From Gammaproteobacteria bacterium AqS3 (lineage in GTDB: Bacteria; Pseudomonadota; Gammaproteobacteria; MEIF01; AqS3), in assembly GCA_001750645.1 (NCBI GenBank), contig MEIF01000005.1:11776-75775 (forward strand): 64,000 bases of DNA. The letters are read 5' to 3'. The first letter of the stretch is position 1. Each line of letters starts with the position of its first letter. Below are positions 1 to 9,019 of this stretch, piece after piece. Below the pieces are notes generated by a model that ran no database searches, was not told the origin of the DNA, and saw only the letters and a list, made by a program, of their open reading frames with translations. The translations under genes and the position numbers were made by a program.

Positions 1-342
1 GAAATCGTCGCCCTGTACGGCCCGCCCGAGGCCGTCGCCGCCATCGCCGTCGTGCTGTTCGTCTACGCGGCGGCGTTTCAGATTCCCGACGGGCTGCAGG
101 TCTGCTACGTCTGCATCCTGCGCGGCCACAAAATCACGATGTTCACGCTGTGGACCATGATGGTCGGCTACTGGTTCATCGGCCTGCCGGTCGGCTGGAT
201 CCTCGGCATGAGCGACTGGTGGGGGCCGGCGCAGGGGGCCGAGGGCATGTGGAAGGGCATGATCGCCGGGCTGATCGCGGTATTCCTGATGCTGGCGGTG
301 CGGCTGCGGATGCAGACCCGCAGGCTGCTGGCGGCGGGCTGA
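1..342 (+). CDS. MATE-family efflux transporter, C-terminal fragment (gene starts upstream of the window)
   Basis: The frame is open from nt 1. The translated tail (FQIPDGLQV...ILRGHK...FIGLPVGWILG...MWKGMIAGLIAVFLMLAVRLR) matches the last TM helices of NorM/MATE proteins. The stop TGA at 340-342 overlaps the next ATG. Confidence 0.7.
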   Translation, partial: EIVALYGPPEAVAAIAVVLFVYAAAFQIPDGLQVCYVCILRGHKITMFTLWTMMVGYWFIGLPVGWILGMSDWWGPAQGAEGMWKGMIAGLIAVFLMLAVRLRMQTRRLLAAG

Positions 343-584
343 TGCACCGCATCGACGCCCGGGGACTCAAGTGCCCCGAACCGGTGATGCTGCTGCACAA
401 CCGCATCACCCGACTGGGCGGCGGCGAGCGCATCGAACTGCTCGCCACCGACGCCGGCAGCGCGCGGGACATCGAGCGCTTCTGCGGCTTTCTCGGGCAC
501 GTGCTGGTGCACAGCGAGCAGGACGCAGAGGGTGTTTATTTATTTGTTATTGAAAAGCGGGGGCGGGGGACGCTCGGGTACTAG
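342..584 (+). CDS. tusA: TusA/SirA-family sulfurtransferase-like protein
   Basis: 80-aa product MHRIDARGLKCPEPVMLLHNRI... carries the TusA-type DxRGxxCPxP active-site motif. The ATG at 342 overlaps the upstream stop (TGATG). Confidence 0.8.
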   Translation: MHRIDARGLKCPEPVMLLHNRITRLGGGERIELLATDAGSARDIERFCGFLGHVLVHSEQDAEGVYLFVIEKRGRGTLGY

Positions 585-587
585 CGC

Positions 588-1523
588 CTAGCGCGTCGGC
601 GGCTCGCCGTAGTTGTGCGCCAGCACCGCAATGGCGTCGTGGGCGTGCAGACTCTCGTAGTGCTGCACCCGCAGCCAGAAGCCGTCGATGCCCTCAACCC
701 CGCGCAGATGAGCCCCCAGCCGGCGGCTGGCGTCCTCGACGAACAGCGGGTTCTCGCCGTTCAGACGGGCGAACTCCTGCTCGTCCTCGCGCTTGACCGC
801 CGTCTGCACCGGCGTGCCGAGCGTGTTCTCAAGCCCCTCGATCAGCTCCTCAAAGTTGTAGCTCTGGGCGCCCTCGTCCAGGCGCAGGCGCACATCGGCC
901 TCGCTGCGCTGGCTGTGCGCCGAGGCCCACTTCGGCGAGGACTCCAGCCACTCGCCGATGCGCTCGATATCGACCGGGGCGCCGCCGCCGAACTGCTCGT
1001 TGAACTGCTCGCGAATGTGGGTGCGCGCCAGCGCCTGCGAGCACGGGCAAGTCGAGGAATAGGTGATCTGCAGCTGCAGTTCGGAGCGCACCCGACCGTC
1101 CGGGCGACGCTCAACCTTCAGCTCCACCGGATACTCGCGCCAGCCGCTGTTGTCGCTGATCAGTGCGGGGCGGCGCAGCAGCAGATCAAAGCGAAAGGTC
1201 ACGCTGACGGCGTCGCTGAGGTCTTCGTGCGAATCCAGCAGACTGTCCAGCAGGGCGCTGTTGGCCTGCGGGGTCAGCCTGCTCTTCTGGGAGAACTGGT
1301 CCAGCAGCAGGAACATCCTGGACATGTGAACCCCGCGGACATCGGGGCGATTGAGGTTGACGTAGACATCCGCCGAGGCGCGCACCGATTGTTCGGAGCC
1401 GTCGGCGAGCGGAACCTGAAGGATCAGGGCGATGTTGCTCATGCCGACCCAGTCAATGCGACCGCTGACATCAACCGACCCAGCGGCGATGTCGGGCATG
1501 CTTGATGTTGGATTGGAGTTCAT
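588..1523 (-). CDS. folE2: GTP cyclohydrolase I type 2 (FolE2)
   Basis: 311-aa ORF with FolE2-like blocks (VRGVHMSRM, YSSTCPCSQALAR, EDEQEFARLNGENPLFVEDA, HYESLHAHDAIA). Confidence 0.8.
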   Translation of the reverse strand: MNSNPTSSMPDIAAGSVDVSGRIDWVGMSNIALILQVPLADGSEQSVRASADVYVNLNRPDVRGVHMSRMFLLLDQFSQKSRLTPQANSALLDSLLDSHEDLSDAVSVTFRFDLLLRRPALISDNSGWREYPVELKVERRPDGRVRSELQLQITYSSTCPCSQALARTHIREQFNEQFGGGAPVDIERIGEWLESSPKWASAHSQRSEADVRLRLDEGAQSYNFEELIEGLENTLGTPVQTAVKREDEQEFARLNGENPLFVEDASRRLGAHLRGVEGIDGFWLRVQHYESLHAHDAIAVLAHNYGEPPTR

Positions 1524-1690
1524 GGGACAGCCGAGGACTTATTTTCCCCCGCAAATGCGGCGAGGGGGCGCAGGCTATTCTGCCTAGTTTAACACTGCCG
1601 CCAGCGGGCTTTGATGCGGCTGTCATTGCTGAGGGAGAGCGCCGCTGACTTGTCTTCGTTTTCAGATGTCACGCATGTCTGCATTTCATC

Positions 1691-2026
1691 ATGAGCACCC
1701 CGACCATCTCCATTTTGAGACCCTGCGGGACTTGCTTGAGGTCAGTGATATGCAGCCCGCTTGAGATGTCAGAAAGCGCCAGCATCTCCTATTTTGGCGA
1801 GGACAGCGGTCATGACAACACCATTGTCCTGCGTTCCGACAGCAAAATCATCGTCAATCAGAATGACCGCTACACGGGTAACCGAAACGTCGCAGAAATA
1901 AGGGAGGCGTATCCCGAGATTGATTGTCTTTTCACACAATCAATGCACCAGCGAGCAAGGATATTGACGACATTCTTCAAACTTTCAATGAAGGCGTTAA
2001 AAGAGCCGGCTTATAGCGTCGCATGA
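1691..2026 (+). CDS. Hypothetical protein (weak call)
   Basis: It is the only ORF of 60 aa or more in the AT-rich gap between folE2 and the M48 gene. I see no recognisable motif and no clear RBS. Confidence 0.2.
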   Translation: MSTPTISILRPCGTCLRSVICSPLEMSESASISYFGEDSGHDNTIVLRSDSKIIVNQNDRYTGNRNVAEIREAYPEIDCLFTQSMHQRARILTTFFKLSMKALKEPAYSVA

Positions 2027-2152
2027 TGATTTTCAGGAGGTTTTCCAGCCGTCTCAAAAAGAAGGAAAACAAGCGTGTGTGCATCAATAGATCTCACTGC
2101 ATCTAGCAGGTACGTATCTAGTATCCAAGTACATATCCTCACTCATCCATCG

Positions 2153-3175
2153 CTACTGATCAGAGAGATACTCAAGACGCTCGGCGCCCGACGGGTGGGA
2201 GGACAGCCAGCCGCTTTCGGTCTCCTCCAGGCACTCTTGCACCGATTGCCCGGGTGACAAAGAGCAGAAATATTCTGTCAGCTTTTTGAGAGCCAGTCCG
2301 AGAGCCGCCTTGTCAAGATCGGCTTTTTCCAGGTACTCGACAGCCAGCAGATCCGACTGTTTTTCAAACTCCCGGCTTTGCTGGCTGACCCATAAATTGA
2401 CGGCGACAGCAGACATTTCCTCGATCAATACATCGTCTGCACCCAGCACGACCGATGCGATCACTGCCACACCGATCGCCTCAATGACGTAGTGGAGGGA
2501 GTGCCTCTCCTGAATATGGGCAAATTCATGGGCGATCACCCCCAGCACCAGCTCGTCCTTTTCCAGGAGCGTCACCAAATCATCCGTCACCACGATTGGC
2601 CCCCCGGGGAATGCCGCAGCATTCGGCCCCCCAAGGCGACTCACCTGATGAAAAAAAATCTCGGGACTTTCAAACCCGTTTGCCGATGCCATCTGCCTGG
2701 CCTTGATGCGCAGACGCTCCACCTGAGTTGAAGGCAGCTGCGTTTTGCTGAAAACGGTACTCTCAAGCGCCTGATATGAGTTTCTGCCGATTGTCTTCTC
2801 CCACTCTTGCGGAAATATCGAAACTGCCAGGGGCGTGATGAATGTCAGTGCATACCTCAATGCGGCCAAGATCGCCATCAAGCTCAGCGAAAGGAGCAGC
2901 GCCTTTGACAGCGAGAAATTCTCCAGCCAGGCGATGCCCCTTTCCGTCTTTCCCAAAATAAGCTTTTCCTGCTCGGAGGTCAAAGGTTCGGCCAGCGCGA
3001 ACAGATAATCGTTGTCCAGGTAGATATCCCTTTTGTTCTGGACAGATTGGATCCCCGCCCCTTCGCAGACCGTCGCACCATCCGAGGTGATGGATGCGAC
3101 GCCATCCACCACAATAATTTTTCCAGAATCCCTTTTGGATGACTGTGGTCTGAAGAAGTGTCCGAATAATTCCAT
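2153..3175 (-). CDS. M48-family zinc metallopeptidase with N-terminal extra domain and TM helices
   Basis: 340 aa with an HExxH motif in VIAHEFAHIQERH, hydrophobic helices before and after the motif, and a C-terminal SSHPSGAERL block typical of M48/HtpX-like peptidases. The start lies 1 nt after the stop of the upstream DUF898 gene. Confidence 0.75.
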   Translation of the reverse strand: MELFGHFFRPQSSKRDSGKIIVVDGVASITSDGATVCEGAGIQSVQNKRDIYLDNDYLFALAEPLTSEQEKLILGKTERGIAWLENFSLSKALLLSLSLMAILAALRYALTFITPLAVSIFPQEWEKTIGRNSYQALESTVFSKTQLPSTQVERLRIKARQMASANGFESPEIFFHQVSRLGGPNAAAFPGGPIVVTDDLVTLLEKDELVLGVIAHEFAHIQERHSLHYVIEAIGVAVIASVVLGADDVLIEEMSAVAVNLWVSQQSREFEKQSDLLAVEYLEKADLDKAALGLALKKLTEYFCSLSPGQSVQECLEETESGWLSSHPSGAERLEYLSDQ

Positions 3176-3176
3176 C

Positions 3177-4316
3177 TCAAATGCTCACATCCAGACCTTC
3201 GAAATCGGCATAAGCCTCGCCAAAAGATGAACGGGCGGCATCAGATTCATCGACGAATTTCTCGAGACCGCCGCTGATTTCGATGTGCGTGCAATCTGCA
3301 AAATAACGATACATGCGCACTGCCGCCCAGGGCTGCAGCAATCCAAGAGAGCAAATGACAGCCACCAGGTTTGACGACAGGATCCATGCATACCTGGCGG
3401 GACTGAGGGTGGAGTCGAAATCCACTGCATCGGTCAGGGCAAGACCCTTGATCATCAGTTTGGTGCCCCATGCTCCATAGATGTATGAGATTGAAAAAGT
3501 AAAGGCGTAAAAGGCGACGGGCAGTGTTTTTAGAGCGGCTGATAGGGCATCAAAACCCGCATCGCCGCCAAACCCCTGCCATAACAAAAACAGCACGAAT
3601 GCTGCGGTGCTTATCAATGCAGTCGGCAAAGCAGCGCCCAATAAAAATGCAGGATAAAACTCGCGGACTGTTAGCTCGCAGGAAAATTTTGATGTTCCAT
3701 AGGAGTGAGAGCGGGCAAAATAAGAGTAGTAGGGTCTGGACACCAGGGGAATGAGCAGACCCAAAGTCAGCACGCCGAGAAGAGGGGCAATGATCAGAAA
3801 CCAAAACGTTTCCCAGTATGTCCCGTGCCAGTTAAAGTGGACGTTCCTGTATGAGGTCATTCGCGCTGAAAATCTCAGCGAACTGTTAATCGCCCATGGC
3901 ATCACAAAAATCAAGGCAATCGCCATCATCGCACCAAGCAGTGGCTGAAAAAATGACACAATGAAGAGGCCAACAAAAAATGCGACGGCCAGCAGCCTGC
4001 CCTTCAGTATCTGCACCCCGGTGGCGTGGTAGCCAAATGCACTGTCGGCGATCCTGGTGTTGCTTTTGAAGTAAGTCTCGCGCCGGACCTTTGCCCAGGC
4101 GCTGTAAATCCCGAGCGTCATGATCGACAGCGTGAGATTGACAATCCATATACCGAAATATTCGCCGGCGTTGCCGGTGAACTCAATGCTTTGCTTTATC
4201 GGGGTTGGGGCGTTGCAATCAGTCTCTTCGCCCGGCCTTTGAACCGCTGCTGCCTCTTCGGGTGCGGTGTCTGAACCGAAATCGGCTCTTGGCGCTTCTC
4301 TATCAGTCTCAGTCAT
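3177..4316 (-). CDS. DUF898 / YjgN-family multi-pass membrane protein
   Basis: FTGNAGEYFGIWIVNLTLSIMTLGIYSAWAKVRRETYF is the hallmark YjgN/DUF898 N-terminal block, repeated in the second half (YIYGAWGTKLM). I chose the start at MTETD (4316) because GGAGGAG precedes it. The ORF track begins at 4343. Confidence 0.75.
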   Translation of the reverse strand: MTETDREAPRADFGSDTAPEEAAAVQRPGEETDCNAPTPIKQSIEFTGNAGEYFGIWIVNLTLSIMTLGIYSAWAKVRRETYFKSNTRIADSAFGYHATGVQILKGRLLAVAFFVGLFIVSFFQPLLGAMMAIALIFVMPWAINSSLRFSARMTSYRNVHFNWHGTYWETFWFLIIAPLLGVLTLGLLIPLVSRPYYSYFARSHSYGTSKFSCELTVREFYPAFLLGAALPTALISTAAFVLFLLWQGFGGDAGFDALSAALKTLPVAFYAFTFSISYIYGAWGTKLMIKGLALTDAVDFDSTLSPARYAWILSSNLVAVICSLGLLQPWAAVRMYRYFADCTHIEISGGLEKFVDESDAARSSFGEAYADFEGLDVSI

Positions 4317-4498
4317 CTTCTCCTCCCCTGACGAAACGGGCAAGTCATTGCTCTATATGAACGGGGGCATCTTACCCCAGCCGTGTCTATGGCGTGAGGC
4401 GGGCAAGCCGGCGGTCATCTGACCGTGCCCTCCTAGCTTTTTGCTCGCCTACTTGCGACACCACTTCCCTTGACAAGGAATAGACGAGCAACTCTTAT

Positions 4499-6580
4499 TC
4501 AATCAAACCTCTGGCGGTTTTTGTATAGATTGATGATCTCTGCCTCATCCTGATCCAGACCGCTTTCGTCAATCTGGCTGACCCGTCTGTTCAGTTCGTC
4601 AATGTCCCCAAAGGGTTTGATTGATTCTTTATTAATCTTTAGAATATTTTTTGAGCTGTAATCATCCATATCATGCACCGTCGTTTCTGATACAAAACAT
4701 CTGAGGAAGTCGAGCAATCCTTTATCTGTTTTTATCAATTCATCAACGTAATTTTTCACTGCTTCTTCTGATACCCATTTTTTCCATTGGTCAAGTAGAA
4801 ATAAGAAATTTTGTTTGCCTGCTAACGATCCGTTCTCTGCTGCATGTTTGATTTTTCTGACACACAGTTTATTCAATTCATCAATTTTATCTTTTGCAAA
4901 CAAAGGCTCCTCTTCCGGTTCCAATGGGCCCCATTCATGCTTTCTCATGTCTTGAATCAAAGCCAGCACCAACAGTACCAATAAAGAAACACTTTGTGAT
5001 GAATGAAAAATTTGGGTCAAAAAATTCATTCTTTTCTCTTTTTTAACTCTTTTCAGAATCTGATAGCCTAGACCCCATGCCTGTGTACCGATATCCTGTA
5101 AATCAAATGCTCCATGCTTATAATCTTTAACGTCTTCGGCTATATCAAAAACACTCAAAAATAAATTTTCGCGCTGCTGATCATTTAAGTTATCAAGATA
5201 ATCTGGCAATCGCCACAAAGCTAGACGCAGCTTATCTTCCTTCTGAAGTTTTTCTAGAATCTTAGCCAAGACCGATACGCTATCAGTTGCATTCAAAACA
5301 TCATTAAATCTTTTTTCCGAAAGAACTGTAGAAGGAACAGAGAGTGCAAAATATTTATCAAAAATATCTTCAGAACAAACCCTCAACTGCCGCCTCCATT
5401 CCTGCTGCTGATCCGAGGAATAATGAACATCAGAATCAAGCACCTTAACCTGGGGGAATAGCTGCTGAATTATCCCCCCAATAGCATCGGCCAAACCTTC
5501 AGGAGATTTCTTGATAATTTGCTCGTGAATTTGCCTGCGGGCATCCAGTTCTCGATTGTCATCGGTGACATATCGATTATCAACCGCAGTAAACACTTCT
5601 TTTTCACCAGTCATTGCCAAATAAACTTCCGGTGCAAAGACTCGAATGGCTTCTACACCCAGAAAATCAATTGGATTCACTTCCTCCTTGCCTATGATTT
5701 TCAAATCAAGCTGCAAACTGTTGATATAACGCCTTATGTCACGAATAGTCGGAAAAAGTTTTTTGAATCCGGAATGAAACAGATTACCCCGCCGTACATC
5801 ATCCCAAGTCTTCTTATCCAAACCCAAGAACGTTGCATTGATACCATCAAACAATATCTCGAATAAATCCTGCGACTCAGGTTTAGGTAGAGTGAAACTG
5901 ACTTGGATAATCTTCTTCATATACTCTTCGCCCTTAATTCCTTTTTCATTCATACGCTTACCCACCTTGCCCCTGTCATAAGCGAGAAGGAATATTGTGT
6001 TCGCAAAATTGGCGGTCATTTTGACCAGTTTGAATATCAGCTTGGTCTCTTGACTGTCCAAACGATCAATATCGTCAACAACGATGACTATTTGCTTGCC
6101 GATTTTCTTTAGAAGTGAATTAACCTCTTGTTTCTGCATTTCCAAAGGATCATCGCCACCGAGATCATGAAACCCTCCAAGTTTCCATTTAAGAAAGCCG
6201 AAAAAAGAAATTGTTATATCACTGTGTTTTAACAGCTTTAAAGAATAATTAATTATCTTTTTTATATGTTTTTTCCATTTCTTCCGTCCAGTTTGTTTTA
6301 GAGCATCAATGAGCGAGTTGAAAAGATCCTTGACAATCTCGTCTTGATTGGAAAAATTCCACGGATTGAACTCAATGATCAGAACATCATCTGCCTCTCG
6401 CAGGCCTTCAAGAACCAGGTTGATAAAGGATGTCTTGCCAGAACCCCATTCACCCTCAATGCCAATAACAAGACTTTCATCGCCCTGATATCGTTTTATC
6501 TCACCCGCAACCCCGCTCGCCAATGGATAACGGCGCAGCAGATCTTTGTCTTTCGTCAAGATGGGGTTATCTGGAATCAT
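4499..6580 (-). CDS. KAP-family P-loop NTPase
   Basis: 693 aa with Walker A GIEGEWGSGKTSF, Walker B-like VIVVDDIDRL, and FLLAYD further on. Size and layout are typical of KAP NTPases. GAGG lies 7 nt upstream of the ATG. The gene is very AT-rich relative to the backbone. Confidence 0.8.
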   Translation of the reverse strand: MIPDNPILTKDKDLLRRYPLASGVAGEIKRYQGDESLVIGIEGEWGSGKTSFINLVLEGLREADDVLIIEFNPWNFSNQDEIVKDLFNSLIDALKQTGRKKWKKHIKKIINYSLKLLKHSDITISFFGFLKWKLGGFHDLGGDDPLEMQKQEVNSLLKKIGKQIVIVVDDIDRLDSQETKLIFKLVKMTANFANTIFLLAYDRGKVGKRMNEKGIKGEEYMKKIIQVSFTLPKPESQDLFEILFDGINATFLGLDKKTWDDVRRGNLFHSGFKKLFPTIRDIRRYINSLQLDLKIIGKEEVNPIDFLGVEAIRVFAPEVYLAMTGEKEVFTAVDNRYVTDDNRELDARRQIHEQIIKKSPEGLADAIGGIIQQLFPQVKVLDSDVHYSSDQQQEWRRQLRVCSEDIFDKYFALSVPSTVLSEKRFNDVLNATDSVSVLAKILEKLQKEDKLRLALWRLPDYLDNLNDQQRENLFLSVFDIAEDVKDYKHGAFDLQDIGTQAWGLGYQILKRVKKEKRMNFLTQIFHSSQSVSLLVLLVLALIQDMRKHEWGPLEPEEEPLFAKDKIDELNKLCVRKIKHAAENGSLAGKQNFLFLLDQWKKWVSEEAVKNYVDELIKTDKGLLDFLRCFVSETTVHDMDDYSSKNILKINKESIKPFGDIDELNRRVSQIDESGLDQDEAEIINLYKNRQRFD

Positions 6581-6679
6581 GACCTAGCCTCATGGTCGGA
6601 ATGAGCTCTCATAGTTCACTGATTGAACCGCCAGCGTTCGCCTCAATTGCAATCTTCCGATCCTGTCGAAAGCGAAATC

Positions 6680-6769
6680 TGGCGGAGGGGGTGGGATTCG
6701 AACCCACGATGAGCTTGCACCCATGCCGGTTTTCAAGACCGGTGCATTCGACCACTCTGCCACCCCTCC
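6680..6769 (-). tRNA. tRNA-Ser (anticodon UGA)
   Basis: The reverse complement reads GGAGGGGTGGCAGAGTGGTCGAATGCACCGGTCTTGAAAACCGGCATGGGTGCAAGCTCATCGTGGGTTCGAATCCCACCCCCTCCGCCA. It has a 7-bp acceptor stem, anticodon loop CTTGAAA (UGA), the long variable arm of class II tRNAs, a GGTTCGAATCC T-loop and an encoded CCA. Confidence 0.9.
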
Positions 6770-6859
6770 GGCGGTGCGGATTTTATCCCAGTCAGCCAGT
6801 GAGATGACATAGGACTGGTATACAGTGCGACTGATTCGCTCAAGCACAGCTGTCGTCTA

Positions 6860-8992
6860 TTGCCACAGCCCGTTCAGGGGATGAGAATAGCCCCCGTTTG
6901 CACACCAAAACTGGATAGGCTTCCCTTGTTCAAATTCTTTGCCACTGTAGTTGGTTTCTTATTCGGAGGGGCACTCTGGATATGCGCCCCTGCTTCGCTA
7001 TCGCCCAACTTTCCGATCGAGGATGTGCATCTTGCATCCGCCGGCCTGATTGGAACGGCACTCACCGTCCTACTAACACTTTCGATTGTTCCCGCTCAAA
7101 GGGCAGCCGATCTTTTCTCATCAGCGGTGCTGAGACTGTATGCACGCGACGGCAAGTTGCTGGCGTTGTTTTTCTTGCTGTCGATATTGACCCTTTTCTC
7201 ACTAACCCTTTCCACTAGTCAAATCTTCAATATGGATGCTTCTTTTTCCCTAGCGATTCAACTAACTGTTCTCGGAGGAGCACTAGATGCTGTAAGGAGT
7301 TTCTACTTGAGAACCCTAGATCTGTTATCTCCAAAGACGGCAATGGATTTGGTTGTGAGGCATTGCTCTCACAGAATTATGCGCAACAAAAAACAAATTG
7401 ATTTCTTATCGAGAACCGCAAAGATTAGATATGTGTTCTCGGAAAATACAGGAGATTTGCTTTGGTCAAACTGGATTTCTCGCCTCAATTCATCACCAAA
7501 AAACGATATTGAATATTGGATAGATAATCTTGATGAATTTGCTCACAAATCAGTAGAACGATTCGATATCCAAGCGATAAAGCATATCGTAACTGCAATG
7601 TCCCAGATTGGAGTCATCTACGTTGAATCAAAAAAAGACGGCATCATCCTTATCCCCGACTCTCAACTTACAATAAAACCAAACACCGAGGTCAAAAAGA
7701 CACTAAAAGTGATTTATGGAAGTATAAAAAATATTTGCGAAGCAGCAATTGATCGACCTAATAAAGTTATAGCAGGTCATTGCATGGATGCATTGGGGGA
7801 GATGGCAAAAAATTTTATGTTTATCGCTCCCGATGAAAATAAAAAATCTGCCGACTTTGCGCATACTCCAATTTTTTATCTTAATGAATGTATAAAGTAC
7901 GCTGCAAATGCTGCCATGGAGGATACACTAATCGTCGCATCGAACAATCTAAGAGATATTCTGTTATGTATAGACAAAAATATTGATACCAAGCCTGCTC
8001 AAAGTACTGCTCTTAAGAGTCTTTTCTATATCGCGATAACATCGTATGGATGTTCTATGCATGTGGCAAGCATTATCGCAATTCAGGCCATTATTTATGC
8101 CGCAAAACATGATATGCAGGTTAATGGGTTTAGGAATGCATCTATTCTAAAAAGAGCTTTGCCCCATATCAAAGAATTGATGAAGTTGGAAATAAAAACC
8201 AATAGATACAGTTTTGTGGAAATTCCATTCCCAATTTATGACTCCGGTTATGGAGTGGATATCGAGTCAATACTCAATGATGTAAAAAACCAGATCATAC
8301 CCCTAGATGAACCTTCCCAAGAAGTTAATCCTTTCCTTGATTTCGAGCAGGCCTCGAAATTGCTCTCAAAGCACTTTATAGAAGTGTTTAAGGAAATTAA
8401 GTTTGGAGAATCTGATTTACTTTCTTTATCACTAAAATCTCTATTCACTTGTGCTGATACACACTGGCAACTTCTTAGTTCACCCTCTCAAGGAAGTGAC
8501 TGGCATCTATACACAATAAAGGACTGTTTAGAGAAACTCATCAAGGCTCCAACACTTTATTTTCGCGAAGGCTCTGCATTTGACAGTGGACAAGAAGGAA
8601 CTGCAGCAGATGAACTTGCAAAGCTAGGCCTTAAATTACTTACGCTAAAAAGGTGGGACTTGGCAATGGAGTGCGCCGAGATAATCGCAAGAATTCAAAA
8701 GGATTATCTAGAAACAGACAGCCCTGATTTTTCCCGTGCTGCATATTTAGATATTAGGCTCGAAATCCTAGCAAGAGGTGCTGAAGCATTTGCAACTGAA
8801 GATGCAGCTCAACAAATACGAAGCCTACTTTCAAAACACCAAAATCAGTCGGCGGAGTATCGTCGTTCTCTTGAAATACATATGGGACATCTTGATAACT
8901 TCTCAAATAGAATGCCTCATTGGGCAGATCCAGAGATGGCTGAGGGTTTGCTTGACCGGCTGATAAATCAAAATTCAGAAGACGAAACTTAA
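6860..8992 (+). CDS. Hypothetical large membrane protein (about four N-terminal TM helices plus a ~550-aa mostly helical soluble region)
   Basis: 710-aa uninterrupted ORF in AT-rich DNA, where long ORFs are unlikely by chance. The N-terminal hydrophobic helices are FFATVVGFLFGGALWI, GLIGTALTVLLTLSIV, LLALFFLLSILTLFSLTL and LAIQLTVLGGAL. I recognise no family. The start is uncertain (TTG 6860 or ATG 6881). Confidence 0.6.
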   Translation: MPQPVQGMRIAPVCTPKLDRLPLFKFFATVVGFLFGGALWICAPASLSPNFPIEDVHLASAGLIGTALTVLLTLSIVPAQRAADLFSSAVLRLYARDGKLLALFFLLSILTLFSLTLSTSQIFNMDASFSLAIQLTVLGGALDAVRSFYLRTLDLLSPKTAMDLVVRHCSHRIMRNKKQIDFLSRTAKIRYVFSENTGDLLWSNWISRLNSSPKNDIEYWIDNLDEFAHKSVERFDIQAIKHIVTAMSQIGVIYVESKKDGIILIPDSQLTIKPNTEVKKTLKVIYGSIKNICEAAIDRPNKVIAGHCMDALGEMAKNFMFIAPDENKKSADFAHTPIFYLNECIKYAANAAMEDTLIVASNNLRDILLCIDKNIDTKPAQSTALKSLFYIAITSYGCSMHVASIIAIQAIIYAAKHDMQVNGFRNASILKRALPHIKELMKLEIKTNRYSFVEIPFPIYDSGYGVDIESILNDVKNQIIPLDEPSQEVNPFLDFEQASKLLSKHFIEVFKEIKFGESDLLSLSLKSLFTCADTHWQLLSSPSQGSDWHLYTIKDCLEKLIKAPTLYFREGSAFDSGQEGTAADELAKLGLKLLTLKRWDLAMECAEIIARIQKDYLETDSPDFSRAAYLDIRLEILARGAEAFATEDAAQQIRSLLSKHQNQSAEYRRSLEIHMGHLDNFSNRMPHWADPEMAEGLLDRLINQNSEDET

Positions 8993-9019
8993 AAAAGCCG
9001 CTTGTCTTGAAACAAATCC

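Noticed and set aside
1557-1574. Possible degenerate att-type repeat of the tRNA-Ser 3' end (GCGGCGAGGGGGCGCAGG versus TGGCGGAGGGGGTGGGAT) at the left composition boundary of the island.
   Set aside because: Only about 13 of 17 positions match, and one gap is needed. The stretch is G-rich low-complexity sequence and also forms part of a local hairpin upstream of folE2. The match is too weak to call without a statistical search.
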